DNA of 64,000 bases from Anthoceros angustus (lineage: Eukaryota > Plantae > Anthocerotophyta), in contig MU008221.1 of NCBI GenBank assembly GCA_010909165.1, forward strand, positions 1 to 64,000, in the 5' to 3' direction. The translations under genes and the position numbers were made by a program. Shown one piece after another: positions 11,643-22,900 of the stretch (position 1 is the first letter of the stretch; every line of letters begins with the position of its first letter). The notes under the pieces are model-generated. The model saw only the letters and a list, made by a program, of their open reading frames with translations. It had not been told where the DNA came from and made no database searches.

Positions 11643-14491
11643 AAAATGTGGTAGGGAAAACCGGGGCCCGAGTCCTCCCACTATAGGCCACACTTATCCT
11701 TTGTCGTTGGGTTTCGTCCCATGAGACTTGTGTGAAAGTTCGAGGTCTTGTGATGCCGATCGCTTACTGCGAGACACCTTCTCGGCCTTCTAAACAAGCA
11801 AGGCGCCCTCTACTCTCCCTCTTCTGCACCCTTGCCTTTGAAAATCGCCAATCCTCGACCTACAGACACAACACAATTGCGGGTCTGCCTTCGGGAGCCT
11901 ATCACGGGCGCCGGGGACCCCAGTCCACCGATTTCGTCCCTACTTCTAAGACCACTCTTCTCCACTCGGGGGCGCCCTTTTACTTGCAGTTGGGATTCGT
12001 CCCTTAGGCTCTGCATGGCCTTCCACTAACACCTACACCTCTAATCCTCTACTCATCTTCTCATCTAGTCTAACCTCCGGGCTTCTTGGGCGGGCAGTTC
12101 CCAGGCGTTGTGCGAAGAGTCTTTCCTGTAGTCTACCCTCAAGCCGAGTTCTCACAGGCATTGCCACACACCCAAAGCAAAGCAATTTCCACAACCATTC
12201 ACAAGGGGCAACTCGTTTAGGCACTTGCGAGCAAGTCCTCCACCAAGCACTCAGACCACATGACTTCCTCTCTACGGACTGCGTTGGCTCCACGGCGAAA
12301 TTCCTGTAATGGCAAAGGACTCGATGGGCGCAAGACATGATACTTTACTTTGTGAAATCCTCCTCCTCTTATAGGAGGCCTTCCACATACAACCTCCCTT
12401 AGGTGACCCTCTGCGGTCACCTTTTCCAATATTTTATTTTCCTACATGACATTTAGCACGGCATCTAATCTATGCATCCTTGGTAAATTCTATTCTAACT
12501 TCCTACCCATCATAAGGATGTCGAACACCACCTATCCTTCTATTCCCTAGCATTTATGGTCATTGACCATATCTAGTCTTCATCTTTGGGGTGACGTGTT
12601 GGATTGGCTCCCTCGCCCTCCTTTTGCTCTTGCCCTTCCCAGCCTTGTCTTCCTAATGTGTGGGGCAAGTACAATCTTGCCCTTCCTCCATCTCAGCGGG
12701 CGGCGCCACATTCCTCTTCCTCCGGCAATCGCGCCCCCTCCGCGCCTGGCGCCCTTTCTCCTCCGCTGGTCGCGCCCGTTTATCGGCACCCTACGCGGTG
12801 TCGGACTAAGGTACCCCTATGGTGAGTCTTCTCCTTCTTCTCTTCTTCTCTCCATCGGTGATGTTTCTTGGGTGATCTCCTTGCTCCTTCCTCTTTGATT
12901 TGTCCATACCTATCATGGAGCATTTCTTCAGTTTTTCCCCCATGTCTGATGTCCTAACTTCTTGGGCCTTTTTTGCATCTCTCTCACTTCCTCCCTTATC
13001 GTGGGTGAGGGAACTTCCTCACCCCCTCCTCCTTCCTCGACGGGTCCCCGTCCCTCGGTGGGGTTGTCTCTCCCCCGGTGTCTGGCTCCTTCCCTCGGCC
13101 CGGCCTCGGCCGCTCCCAGCCGCGGTGCCCTACCCGGTAGTCAGGACTACGGCGTGGTGGTACCCGGTGATCGGACTACCGTGGTGGTGGTCACCTACCG
13201 TGGTAGGTGACCCCCAGGGCGGGCTGTCCCCCCTCCTTGCTCTCCGCCATCCCTCCTCTTGGCTGGCTCTCCTCTCCACCTTGACTCCTCAGTTCCTCGA
13301 GTCCATTTCGTAGCCTCATCGGAGGCTTCACTGCTGCACTCCTTCATCATCATCATGAGGACCCAATGTCCTCCTCTTGGCCAAGTAGACTTCATTGTTG
13401 GCCTTCAAAATATTGTGGAGGTGAGCCCCAAGTTGTAATTGCATTTGGAGATCATCAATCTCCGTGGGCCACTCTCCATCCTACCCTTGTAGGCATCTCT
13501 TGGTGGTCAATTCTCCCACCTTGACATGGAGGTTACATTCTCCTCCCTTCCTTTTCAATTTTGCACGAAGGGCATAATGCCCAAAACCTTCTTCCACTAC
13601 CCACATCCATGCACCACCTTCTTGTGGTGCTCCTCCTCTGGAACCTCCTTTGTTCCAAGGCCTTGCTTCTCCCTCTCCTCCAAGCACCCTTTTCGCTCCA
13701 ACTCTTTTGGTTGAGCCTTTCCCTCCGGCGCTTCTCTTCCAAATTATCGCCGCAATTCTTCTCATGTCCGGATTGATGGCTTGAGCCATCACTGCTCTTG
13801 TGCGTCCATTTGTTGGACCACCTTCTCCTTCCTAGAGCCTCCGTTTGCCCTTGTCTTGCTCTAATTGGGCAAAATGCTCCTCCGCCTTTTGCCTCCAAGA
13901 GTCCCTTTGGGTTGGCGGACTCTCTCGTTTGTGACAACCTTCCCTCTAGGACCTTTCTCGCCCGTTGATCCACAGTTTTCTCACCTTCTCCAACTTGGCT
14001 GCCTTCTCGTCGGACTCCATGGCCTCAATTGCCATTTGGTCCTGCCTTCTCTCCGGCCATGTCTTGGGCCTTGACTTCCTCGCATGCCCACAAGGGCTGC
14101 TAGCTCCTAGCCCCTTCAAATCCACATGGTGAGTGCTTCACAAGCTCGGCAATTCTCTAACCCAAATTACTGTTGGCCCTTGCTGGAAATCTCCAGCTCC
14201 CTCCAGCGGGCCATCGGCGGGTCCCCTCACGGTCGCTCCATCCGCCCTTCCTCCAAGCGGTAGTGGTGGCCTAGCGCGCCAGCGCTTTCTTCTTCTCCTT
14301 CCCTTCCCTACGCCGTGAGGCACTTTCCTGGCGTGGGGTGCACTACGCGGTGAGCTCCCCATGGTGTCGCCTACCTACCGTGGGTTGACTCCACGGTGAT
14401 CGCCCACCTCTGGGCGCCTCCCCTACGGGGTAGGTGGGTGCCTCTCTAGGCACAAAGCGAGATGGTGGGGACTCCCCACCACTTGGGGTCA

Positions 14492-14773
14492 TGAAATTAT
14501 TTAAGGGTTATGTAGACCAATTGCACTAAAACAATTACATATTAAAGAAGATTGTTCTTATCAAGAAAATATACATTGAACTAATTAAAACAAAAAGGTA
14601 AGTTAGTTTTTAAACACGCTAGAGGTGCCTTTTATTTAGAGCACAACTCTTAACAACAGTATATGCATTTTATATCTATACATATAGCTTATCTACTAAT
14701 GACTTATCACTAAATATAAGCTATGTAAAACCTCTAAACCCTAGGGAGCCGTCGGCACATATCTCCTTCTACA
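14492..14773 (-). repeat. Copia A 3' LTR
   Basis: Near-identical to 20673-20952; preceded on the minus strand by the PPT. Confidence 0.95.
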
Positions 14774-15220
14774 CTCCCACTTGTTGACGATGCCTTGGGT
14801 TTTCGGTTTGTACTCTTCATCATGACTGAGCTTGTGTGTGTGTGTTTGCGGCACGAGTTCCTTGTTACGTCTCTTCGGTCCCCTATCTTGTACTGGCTGC
14901 AGCACGTCTATGAAAAACCAGCGCTCATAAGGTTGGCTACCTTCATTACGCTGCTGTTCTTTCTTTCTGCTGTAGCTCGCGAGCTTGTGCTCAGCGCGAT
15001 TTTGGCCATGTCTCCTCCTACGCCTCAGACGCGCAAGCACCTAAGAGACCATCTTGGTCGATTCGCGAAGCATCAGCCTAGGACAACTGCCTTGTCCTCC
15101 TCGCCTTCTTGCGCTTCAGATTTCAAGCATGTTTTACGGTGAAGGGGCCGTCAGTGGAAGAGGACGCCCTGTCTTGAGCTGGCGAAGAGAGAGAGTTCTT
15201 GGCGAACCTAAGTGTGATTC

Positions 15221-15775
15221 TTGAGGATATGGGCGGTCCTTCGAGCCACATCGACCGTATACGCTCCAAAGTCGATAAGAAATGCCACGCCTTCTAGAGA
15301 TAAGCCAACCTATGCTACGCAAACAACTCCTGTTTGCTATGATTTGGGAAAGCAAACTCCTGATGCACCTTCTGCGTTTCCTGAGGGTGCGTTTGGCCTG
15401 AATACCAAGATTGTGACTTTGGGCACAATTGACAATCCTCGCTCTCCTGTGTGGTATAAGTGTAAGAAGAGCTCTGCCACCATGCACAGAGTGCATGTTG
15501 CAGACTTCAAGAAATTTCCTGGGCATGTGATCAGCTATTACTGTAAGTGCCCTTATTCATAATGTTGATAACACGTCCTCCTTTGCTTGTTCCTCAATTA
15601 CTCCCACTTGTTTCTGACCTTTTGATTTCTATCTACAGCTACTGTCCAAGAAATCATTAACATCACATCTTCGTCATCATCCAGCGAAGAGAGCAGTCCA
15701 GAGTCAGGAGATCCAGATAGCTATGATGACTTGAATGCTTATGATTCTGATCCAGAGCCTGAGAGAGAGTCTTGA
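15221..15775 (+). CDS. Putative spliced antisense ORF in the Copia A 3' region (exons ..15542 and 15639-15775)
   Basis: GTAAGT donor at 15543, CTGAC branch-like motif at 15614, TTTCTATCTACAG acceptor ending 15638. Splicing keeps the frame to TGA at 15773-15775. The 5' end is uncertain. Confidence 0.55.
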
Positions 15776-15904
15776 TTATCACTTTGAATTGTTGTACATG
15801 TAGGTAATGTTATGCCCAATTAAAGCTTGACACCACACCACTTATTAGCGGTGGTAACACCGATACTCGACCTACGTAGCGAAAGACAGCTTGGGCATTT
15901 CTTG

Positions 15905-18697
15905 CTAGACCAGCAGTTGGCCCGCAAAAACAAACAACATAGCGGTGATTTCCTGGCATCGATGTCCCTGCATAATCGTGCGATATACTTGTAGATCAAA
16001 AGGTTCTCCTTTCTGATAAGCATACTTGATTCCTCTATTTGCAGTTCCTTTTAGATAGCGAAACACTCGTTTGACACAAGTCCAATGTGTTTGGCCTGGA
16101 TTTTCTAAGTATTGTGACAGGGCACTAGTTGAAAAAGCTACTTCAGGCCTTGTTGTGTTTGCTGCGTAAATGAGCTTTCCTACTGCCTGTCTATAAGGGA
16201 TATTTGACATCTGATCTTTCTCTGTTTGTGTTGTGGGTGACATATCTTTGCTGAGTTTAACACCACTGGGAAGAGGTGTTGCTGCTGACTTAGCATCTTT
16301 CATCCCTAAGTGTTCTACACTTTCCAGGATGTATCGGGGTTGAGTCAAGGTAATGACTCTCTTTTCTCTATTCCTCTGTATGTAGATACCTAAGCAGCTT
16401 TGCAATGGACCAAGATTAGACATCTCAAACTTCTTTGCTAACAGGTCTGTTATTGTGGTGATGTAGGGTTGACTGTTACTTGACAGTATCAGGTCATCAA
16501 CATACACTGCTAGATAACACACAATATCATCTTTGATGTACACATAGAGGCTTCCATCTGCCTGACATTTGTGGAAGCCTAAGGCGAGAAGCTCTTCATC
16601 CAAAACAGCATTCCATTCCATTGCTGACTGTTTAAGTCCATACAGGGTTTTGATCAATTTACAGGCTAAGTGTTCTTTTCCTTTCACTTCATAGCCTGGC
16701 GGTTGTTGCATATAGATCTCATTGTCCAGCTTGCCATTTAAGAAAGCTGTCTTTACATCAAACATCTGTAGTTCATAGTTTTTGTAAGCAGCAACAGCGC
16801 ATAGAGTTCTCAAAGTTGCTAACTTAACCACAGGTGCATATGTCTCCAGATAATCAAGGCCTGGTACTTGTGAAAAACCACGTGCAACCAATCTTGCCTT
16901 ATATCTGTCAAAGGTTCCATCAGCCTTAACCTTCAATTTGAACACCCATTTGCAGGATACCAACTTTCTGCCAGGAGGTAAGGGTGCTAATTCCCAAGTC
17001 CCATTTTTAATAAGTGAGTCATACTCTGATTGTATAGCTTGTTCCCATTGTGGCCAATCTGGCCTGCTAATAGCTTCGTCTAAGCTTGATGGCTCAGGAG
17101 GAAGAGAATGGGAGACAGAGGAAGTAAGTGTGTCGAGGCGATAATAATGAGGCACGCCTCTGTAGTACCCTACGAGGTGGAGTCTGTAAAGGTCTTGTAT
17201 AGGAGCATCTTGAAGGTCATCATCAAGAGAAACTGGAAGTTGATCATGTAAACCTTCTGAGTCTAAATTATCAGGAGTAGGTTCAGGAGGAGCTTCCCCC
17301 TCTACAGGATCAAATTCCAGGGTCGAGTCTAAGGACGGATGTGGAGTGGGATCAAAATGTGTGACAGGAAGAAGATGAAAACCATCGTCCTCATCTGCAT
17401 CAGTAGCAGGAGTCTCAGTAGCTCCCACTGGGGCCCAAGTTCGGCTCTCATCAAAGGTAACGCTTCTAGCATAAAGAACCTTATTCTTGAGGACATCATA
17501 TAATTTGTAAGCCTTAATGCCTTCGGTATACCCTAACATAAGAAGTTTCTTTGCTTTATCTGAAAACTTCTTCCGTTTCTCTTTAGGTATAAAAGCATAA
17601 GCAATACATCCAAAGATCCTCAAGTGCTGGACGAAGGGCTTTCTGCCTGCAAAGGCCTCATAGGGAGTCATACCAATGACTGAAGTTGAAGGCAGTCTGT
17701 TCTTAAGGTAAGTAGATGTCATGAGGGCTTCAGCCCAATAGGAGAGAGGCAACTGTGCATGATGGAGCAATGATGCTGTCATCTCCTGCAGAGTCAAGTT
17801 CAACCTCTCAGCCACTCCGTTTTGCTGCGGAGTGTAGACAACTGTGAGCTGCCTTCCAATGCCTTCATCAGTACAAAAGGATTGAAACTCCTTAGAGGTA
17901 AACTCCCCTCCATTATCTGATCTGAGAATTTTTAGTTGTTTGCCTGTCCATCTTTCAACATGTTTAAGGTATTCTTTAAAGTAGTTGAAACAATCACTCT
18001 TATGCTTCAATATATATGTGGTAACAAAACGTGTTTTGTCGTCTGTAAATGTCAGAAAATATTTACCACCTCCAAGCGACTCTTGGGAAAGGGGTCCACA
18101 TATATCAGTATGTACAAGTTCAAGAACCTCAGAGGCACGATGTGGAGCCTTGTTCTTGAATGCTGTTTGATGCTTCTTCGAAAGAACACATGATTCACAG
18201 ATGGGTAATGAGGTAAGAGTCCCTATTGGCCCATCTCTGTACAGATCACTAGTGGCTAGCTGTTGAAGCTTCGCACTGTGTGGGTGACCAAGTCTAGCGT
18301 GCCACAACTGCGTCTTTGCGACTTGCTGTGCAGAGGCTACTGCTGTACTGTGAGAGGAGACATACTCTTGTTCACTATTGTTGAGATGTAAACGAAAGAG
18401 GTCTCTATCTGAGGAACCAGTGGCAAGTATTTTCCTGTAATCTAAGGAATCAATTACTTGACACTCTGATGTGGTGAATAACACATGTGTGCTATTATCT
18501 GCATTAAGCTTCCTAACAGAGATGAGATTTCTTGTCATGTCAGGAACATAATAAACATCTAGAGTGCGGGGCGACTCCGGAAAGAACAACTTCAGTTCCT
18601 CGACGGTGAGTGCAATGTCATCACCAAAATACATCTTGATCTGACCAGTTGTATGTGTCAAATGCGTTTCTATCAAAACACATATGGGCTGTAGCAC
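15905..18697 (-). CDS. Copia A pol: protease end, GAG-pre-integrase, integrase, reverse transcriptase
   Basis: 930-aa ORF with LWHARLGHP, VHTDICGP, LRSDNGGEF, PQQNGVAER, YKARLVARGF, YVDD. Protease motif WYLDTGAT just upstream (~18700). RNase H is frameshifted and stops after DNQ (~15770). Confidence 0.95.
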   Translation of the reverse strand: MLQPICVLIETHLTHTTGQIKMYFGDDIALTVEELKLFFPESPRTLDVYYVPDMTRNLISVRKLNADNSTHVLFTTSECQVIDSLDYRKILATGSSDRDLFRLHLNNSEQEYVSSHSTAVASAQQVAKTQLWHARLGHPHSAKLQQLATSDLYRDGPIGTLTSLPICESCVLSKKHQTAFKNKAPHRASEVLELVHTDICGPLSQESLGGGKYFLTFTDDKTRFVTTYILKHKSDCFNYFKEYLKHVERWTGKQLKILRSDNGGEFTSKEFQSFCTDEGIGRQLTVVYTPQQNGVAERLNLTLQEMTASLLHHAQLPLSYWAEALMTSTYLKNRLPSTSVIGMTPYEAFAGRKPFVQHLRIFGCIAYAFIPKEKRKKFSDKAKKLLMLGYTEGIKAYKLYDVLKNKVLYARSVTFDESRTWAPVGATETPATDADEDDGFHLLPVTHFDPTPHPSLDSTLEFDPVEGEAPPEPTPDNLDSEGLHDQLPVSLDDDLQDAPIQDLYRLHLVGYYRGVPHYYRLDTLTSSVSHSLPPEPSSLDEAISRPDWPQWEQAIQSEYDSLIKNGTWELAPLPPGRKLVSCKWVFKLKVKADGTFDRYKARLVARGFSQVPGLDYLETYAPVVKLATLRTLCAVAAYKNYELQMFDVKTAFLNGKLDNEIYMQQPPGYEVKGKEHLACKLIKTLYGLKQSAMEWNAVLDEELLALGFHKCQADGSLYVYIKDDIVCYLAVYVDDLILSSNSQPYITTITDLLAKKFEMSNLGPLQSCLGIYIQRNREKRVITLTQPRYILESVEHLGMKDAKSAATPLPSGVKLSKDMSPTTQTEKDQMSNIPYRQAVGKLIYAANTTRPEVAFSTSALSQYLENPGQTHWTCVKRVFRYLKGTANRGIKYAYQKGEPFDLQVYRTIMQGHRCQEITAMLFVFAGQLLV

Positions 18698-18926
18698 CAG
18701 TGTCTAGATACCATTCAGGAGGTCCTCTAAAATCTGGTTTTCACAATAACAGACCTGTTAGCAAAGAAGTTTGAGATGTCTAATCTTGGTCCATTACCAT
18801 TTGCTTGGTATCTACATACGGAGGAATAGAGAAAAGAGAGTCGTACCTTGACTCAACATCACGGAAAGTGTAGAACACTTGGGGATGAAAGATGCTAAGT
18901 CGTGACCTCTTCCGATGTCGGGTAGC

Positions 18927-19819
18927 TTACACGATTCTGGTGCCCGGCTTCTTTGGCTTTTGAGTTGTGGGAGCTCCTTGTGAGCCTCCTCTGTTAGTAT
19001 TGGCAGATCCTCGGAAATTCGGCTTAACACCTTTTCCTTTATTTGAAGTGTACAGTGCTTGTTGCTTGCCTGCACGTTTGTGTTGGCCTCTGCTTGCCTC
19101 TTCTTGCATCAGGGCTCCTACTAATTCTGCGAAACTCATCTGTGGTAAATTCAAGTTTGCAAGTTGTGCTAACTTAGCTGCTTGGGTTTGTGCTGCAGTA
19201 TGAGAAGTCACAAAGTGTGACCAAGATTCTGGAAGTGAAAGCATGAGTGCCATACAAAGGTCTTCATCATCCATAATCTCCCCAGAAGAACTCTCACACT
19301 TAGCAGCAAGGGACCTAAAGATACCAACATGCTTTTCAATTGAGTCACCTTCTCTCATTTTATAGTTTTGAAAGTTCCTCAACGCTGCCATAATACTAAT
19401 GACATTTACGAATCACGGCTCGCAATCTAGTCGGATCTCCGCTGGACTTAGCCCCGCGATCGTAACATATCGAATGTCCCACAAGTATAGTACATGGCTG
19501 CGTCGTTTTTGACTAACCATGCTTCGCCAGCTTCTGATCTTTCATCATCAGGCTTCTTTTCTTCACCATTTGTGATTCTCCAAAGCCTTCTATTCTTGAG
19601 TGCACCTTGCATTCGAATAACCCAAATGTCGTAATCGGTTCCTCCGAACCGATCCTTCTCACGAAAGCCATCACCAGCCAAGCTGGAGGTATCAGTAGCA
19701 ATACCAGGCAACATTGTATTACCTATATGTGGAGTATTGTCTGAAAAATAATAGTCTGGACCACGTTGTGTGTCAGACTGTTCTTCTTCTAAATATAGAG
19801 AAATATCCTCTGCTGCCAT
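18927..19819 (-). pseudogene. Copia A gag (frameshifted)
   Basis: FREKDRFGGTDYDIWVIRM; LRNFQNYKMREGDSIEKH; ALMLSLPESWSHFV (UBN2-type gag). Confidence 0.9.
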
Positions 19820-20672
19820 GCAACAGGTTTACAATGGTCGAGAATTACAAATACCCATACTGGTATGTAATCTTGTATGTTGATACTGCTAACATTTTGT
19901 AAATGTATGCGCAGATTTATTCACTTTCATTGAATGGAAAGTTTTCATCAATTCATAATCAATTGAGGTAAGCAATTAAATAATAATACATATGCGCAAT
20001 TTGTTCTTGTAAATTTCAGCGCATAAATATATATTGCTCAAAATTGATTCTTTAATGTTTGTATATGAAGAATTTACATGTTACTTGTGATTTGCAGAAC
20101 AATTAGGGTTTTTGATACAATCACCAAGTAAATGGCGTTGCGTAATCATCCTGACCAAATTCTTCCAACTGAGTTCAGCAACGAATAGGAAAATATGAGT
20201 GTTATCACGGGCTTTCTAACACTTCATTGACTGATTGGTAGCGGGTATATCGATGACAAGGCATAATTTCTATCAAGAATTGCTGCAACTTATTTCAACA
20301 GGCACAAAATGTCCCTGTTGATTCTCCAGGTTGGCCATTAATCATGGCCCTATTTTGTATTTCAAAATGCAGAAACACTGCATCTTATATTGCTTTTCTA
20401 AATTCTTTTTGACAATTTCTGCCAATAAGGCAGTTGTCCTAGTGTATATTCATTAGAATTGTTCTAAGACAAACAATCTAATGTAGATGCACTAGGATGC
20501 CATCTGATGCAGAATTTAATGTTCTTACAAAATATTTTCTTTATTCTATTTTACTTCTTGCATTTAGACTCAATTTCTAAATCAGAAATGCATTAGAATA
20601 AATATTTTGCATTCTCCCCGATGCACAAAATTTATGCATCTTCAATGATGCAATCTACATAACTCGATACCA

Positions 20673-20952
20673 TGAAATTGTTTAAGGTTATGTAGACCAA
20701 TTGCACTCAAAACAATTACATATTAAAGAAGATTGTTCTTATCAAAAATATGTTGAACTAATTAAAACGAAAAGGTAAGTTAGTTTTAAACCTGCCTAGA
20801 GGTGTGCCTTTTGCTAGAGGCACAACTCTTAACAAGCAGTATGTCTGTTTATATCTATACATATAGCTTATCTACTAATGACTTATCACTAAATATAAGC
20901 TATGTAAAACCTCTAAACCCTAGGGAGCCGTCGGCACATATCTCCTTCTACA
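20673..20952 (-). repeat. Copia A 5' LTR
   Basis: Near-identical to 14492-14773; followed on the minus strand by the PBS TGGTATCGAG. Confidence 0.95.
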
Positions 20953-22900
20953 TGGCACCCCTCCTGTAGTAGTCCTCCTCTCATAGACTACCATTCGGCC
21001 TTCCTCGGCCGGTTCCTGTTCCTCTCCTCTTCCTTGCTCCTGTGGGGGAAAAGATTCCCACTCAACCTTGTTGCCTCTACATCCTCCGCCCTTGCTCCTA
21101 GCATGCTTGTGGAGTCGACCTCCCTGTCTTCCTCAATGCAAAGGCAAGGGCCTTTCCAAGCTTGGCTGGAGATGGATTATCTCGAAGGATGCCAAGCATC
21201 TTCCAACTCCTTGCTTGTGAGAAGTCCCTCCGTTTCCACAAATGCACCAAATAGGTGCTAAGGTAGAGCCTTGGCCTTCCTTCATCCACGGTGAGGAGCT
21301 TCTCCGGTGGTGGATGTAGGCCTCATACATAATTGTTCCCCAATCGGCTTGGCTCCCATGAAATCTTCCACAAAAGCGGAGAAGTTGGTGCTTTGAAATA
21401 AAGTCCTTTGGTAATTCACCAACACAATCTTGCAAGAGCCTCCACTTGACTCCTTGATGCTCTCATTTTCCAGCCATTCTTGGCATGGGCCTTCACTCCT
21501 CCGTCCATCATGTCGAGGAGCTCTTGCGGAATGTCGGAGAGGGCCGTCCTCTTTCCTCCATTCGACCTTTCGAGGAGAGCAATTCCGGAGCTTTCCTCCT
21601 CCGGTCTCCCATACACCTGTCGAATGCTCCTTACGGTCCAGCAGCGAGGATCCGTTCGAGCATTCCTTTCCGGTACAGCGGCAAGGGCTGCCTCTGATTG
21701 ATGGAGATTGATGAAGCACTCCTCAATCAACTCCAAATTGGTGTAGGCCCATTGGCGGCCATACACCCATCCCAATTGGATGTTATCCTCCTCTGCCCAT
21801 TGCCGAAAATCAACCAAATCGCGGGGGTTAAGCTGCCCTGCAAAACAAGTGAATTGGGGCATTATAAGCTCGCCTCCCCACAGCGTGGCGCTCTTCTTTT
21901 TCCTTTCCTCCTCGAGGAGGAACCTTTGGCGGCTCCTTCCCTTGCTCTTCCTCGTGGCATGGCACCTTCTCACTTCAAGGGAGTACTCCAATTCCAGTGG
22001 CTCCAAGCTTCCTCCCAAACCTCCTTCCTTGTCACTTGGCAACACAGGCACAAGTACCGTTAGCCACGGCCCTTCTAGCTGCCAATTTCGCGATTTCTCC
22101 TCCGGGGCAGGCGCGCCACGTGGCGTTCCTCTTCTCCGTTCGCAATTTTCTCCTCGTCTTCAATCCTTCAATCTCACGCGCTAGGCTCCACGACTTCGTG
22201 GCTCCGCCCTTGATTCCAGCACCGCTCCTTCCTTCAGGTCCGAACACCCGTTGGTTCCGCGCTCAGTCCCTCCTCTCTCCCGCCTGGGGTTTCCTCTCTT
22301 GCGCGCCGCCCTCCTCTTGCTCCTGATCGCGGTGGCGGAGCGATCCTTCCTTCTCCTTCCTTCGCTCCGCTCGGTCGGTCTTCGTGTGAGGGCGCCTCCG
22401 AAGAGGAAGTTGGCGCCCAAAGCGCACTTTGCCTCTTTTGGATGCGCCACGGAGGTACAACCCTAGATTTGGTTCATCATTTCAAAATCCTAATCCTATC
22501 TAAACTGCCTATTTTTCTATTCTAGCCGCTACCCTAATTAACCTATATATTTATTCCCTATTGGTGAGCATATATAGTGGATATCCCCTATATTCATTGC
22601 TTTTGGCGAGATCCCTTACCGGTAGTGCCCTACTGATGATGCTCCTTTCTCGACCTCGGTAGTGTGGCGACCTCGATGGTGATGCAGACCTACCCCCTTT
22701 TGTTGCCATTACGCCCCTGGGGGTCGTTTGACCCGTTCTTTTCTGGGATATCCTCTTGACTTCTAACAATATCCTACAACTCCGACTTCAAGGTTCTCGA
22801 GAAAATTTCACATGCTCCTCTTCAATCGTTTTTAGCCAAAAAAATCAAACTTGTTTGTCTTGGCTCTTTTGGGTGGTTGCCCAAACTTTTGCGTTCCACA

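Larger units (their letters stand above)
5348..11646 (-). mobile_element. Internal gag-pol region of non-chromovirus Ty3/Gypsy element A (frameshifted)
   Basis: Minus-strand fragments: gag (QQWYGRTYNSVAPTDWEALKAAFLNRF, 10538-10861); zinc knuckles near 9700-9830 (CYNCG..HYSNEC; CKELGHKWG.C); protease (YKVLIGRPWL, ~8700); RT/RNase H ~7100-8450; integrase (FEKWGIDFRGPIKPP, 5900-6300). Confidence 0.92.
14492..20952 (-). mobile_element. Ty1/Copia LTR retrotransposon A, near full length
   Basis: Direct repeats 14492-14773 and 20673-20952 with TG..CA termini. PBS TGGTATCGAG (20663-20672, iMet type), PPT AAGTGGGAG next to 14773. Imperfect TSD GGTCA/TGGCA. Confidence 0.95.
11647..22900 (-). mobile_element. 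Complete ~4.8-kb family-1 LTR (11647-14491 + 20953-22900) split by a Copia insertion
   Basis: Minus-strand termini TGTGGAACG (22900) ... CTACCACA (11647). The two halves rejoin to the sequence seen uninterrupted at 3550-3590. Confidence 0.85.

Noticed and set aside
14735-14745. Telomere-like TAAACCCTAG (also ~20915)
   Set aside because: A single copy inside each Copia LTR; not an interstitial telomere array.
14795-15142. env-like (Sirevirus) ORF
   Set aside because: It is antisense to pol and short; env-like ORFs are sense-strand. Kept only as part of the antisense-gene finding.
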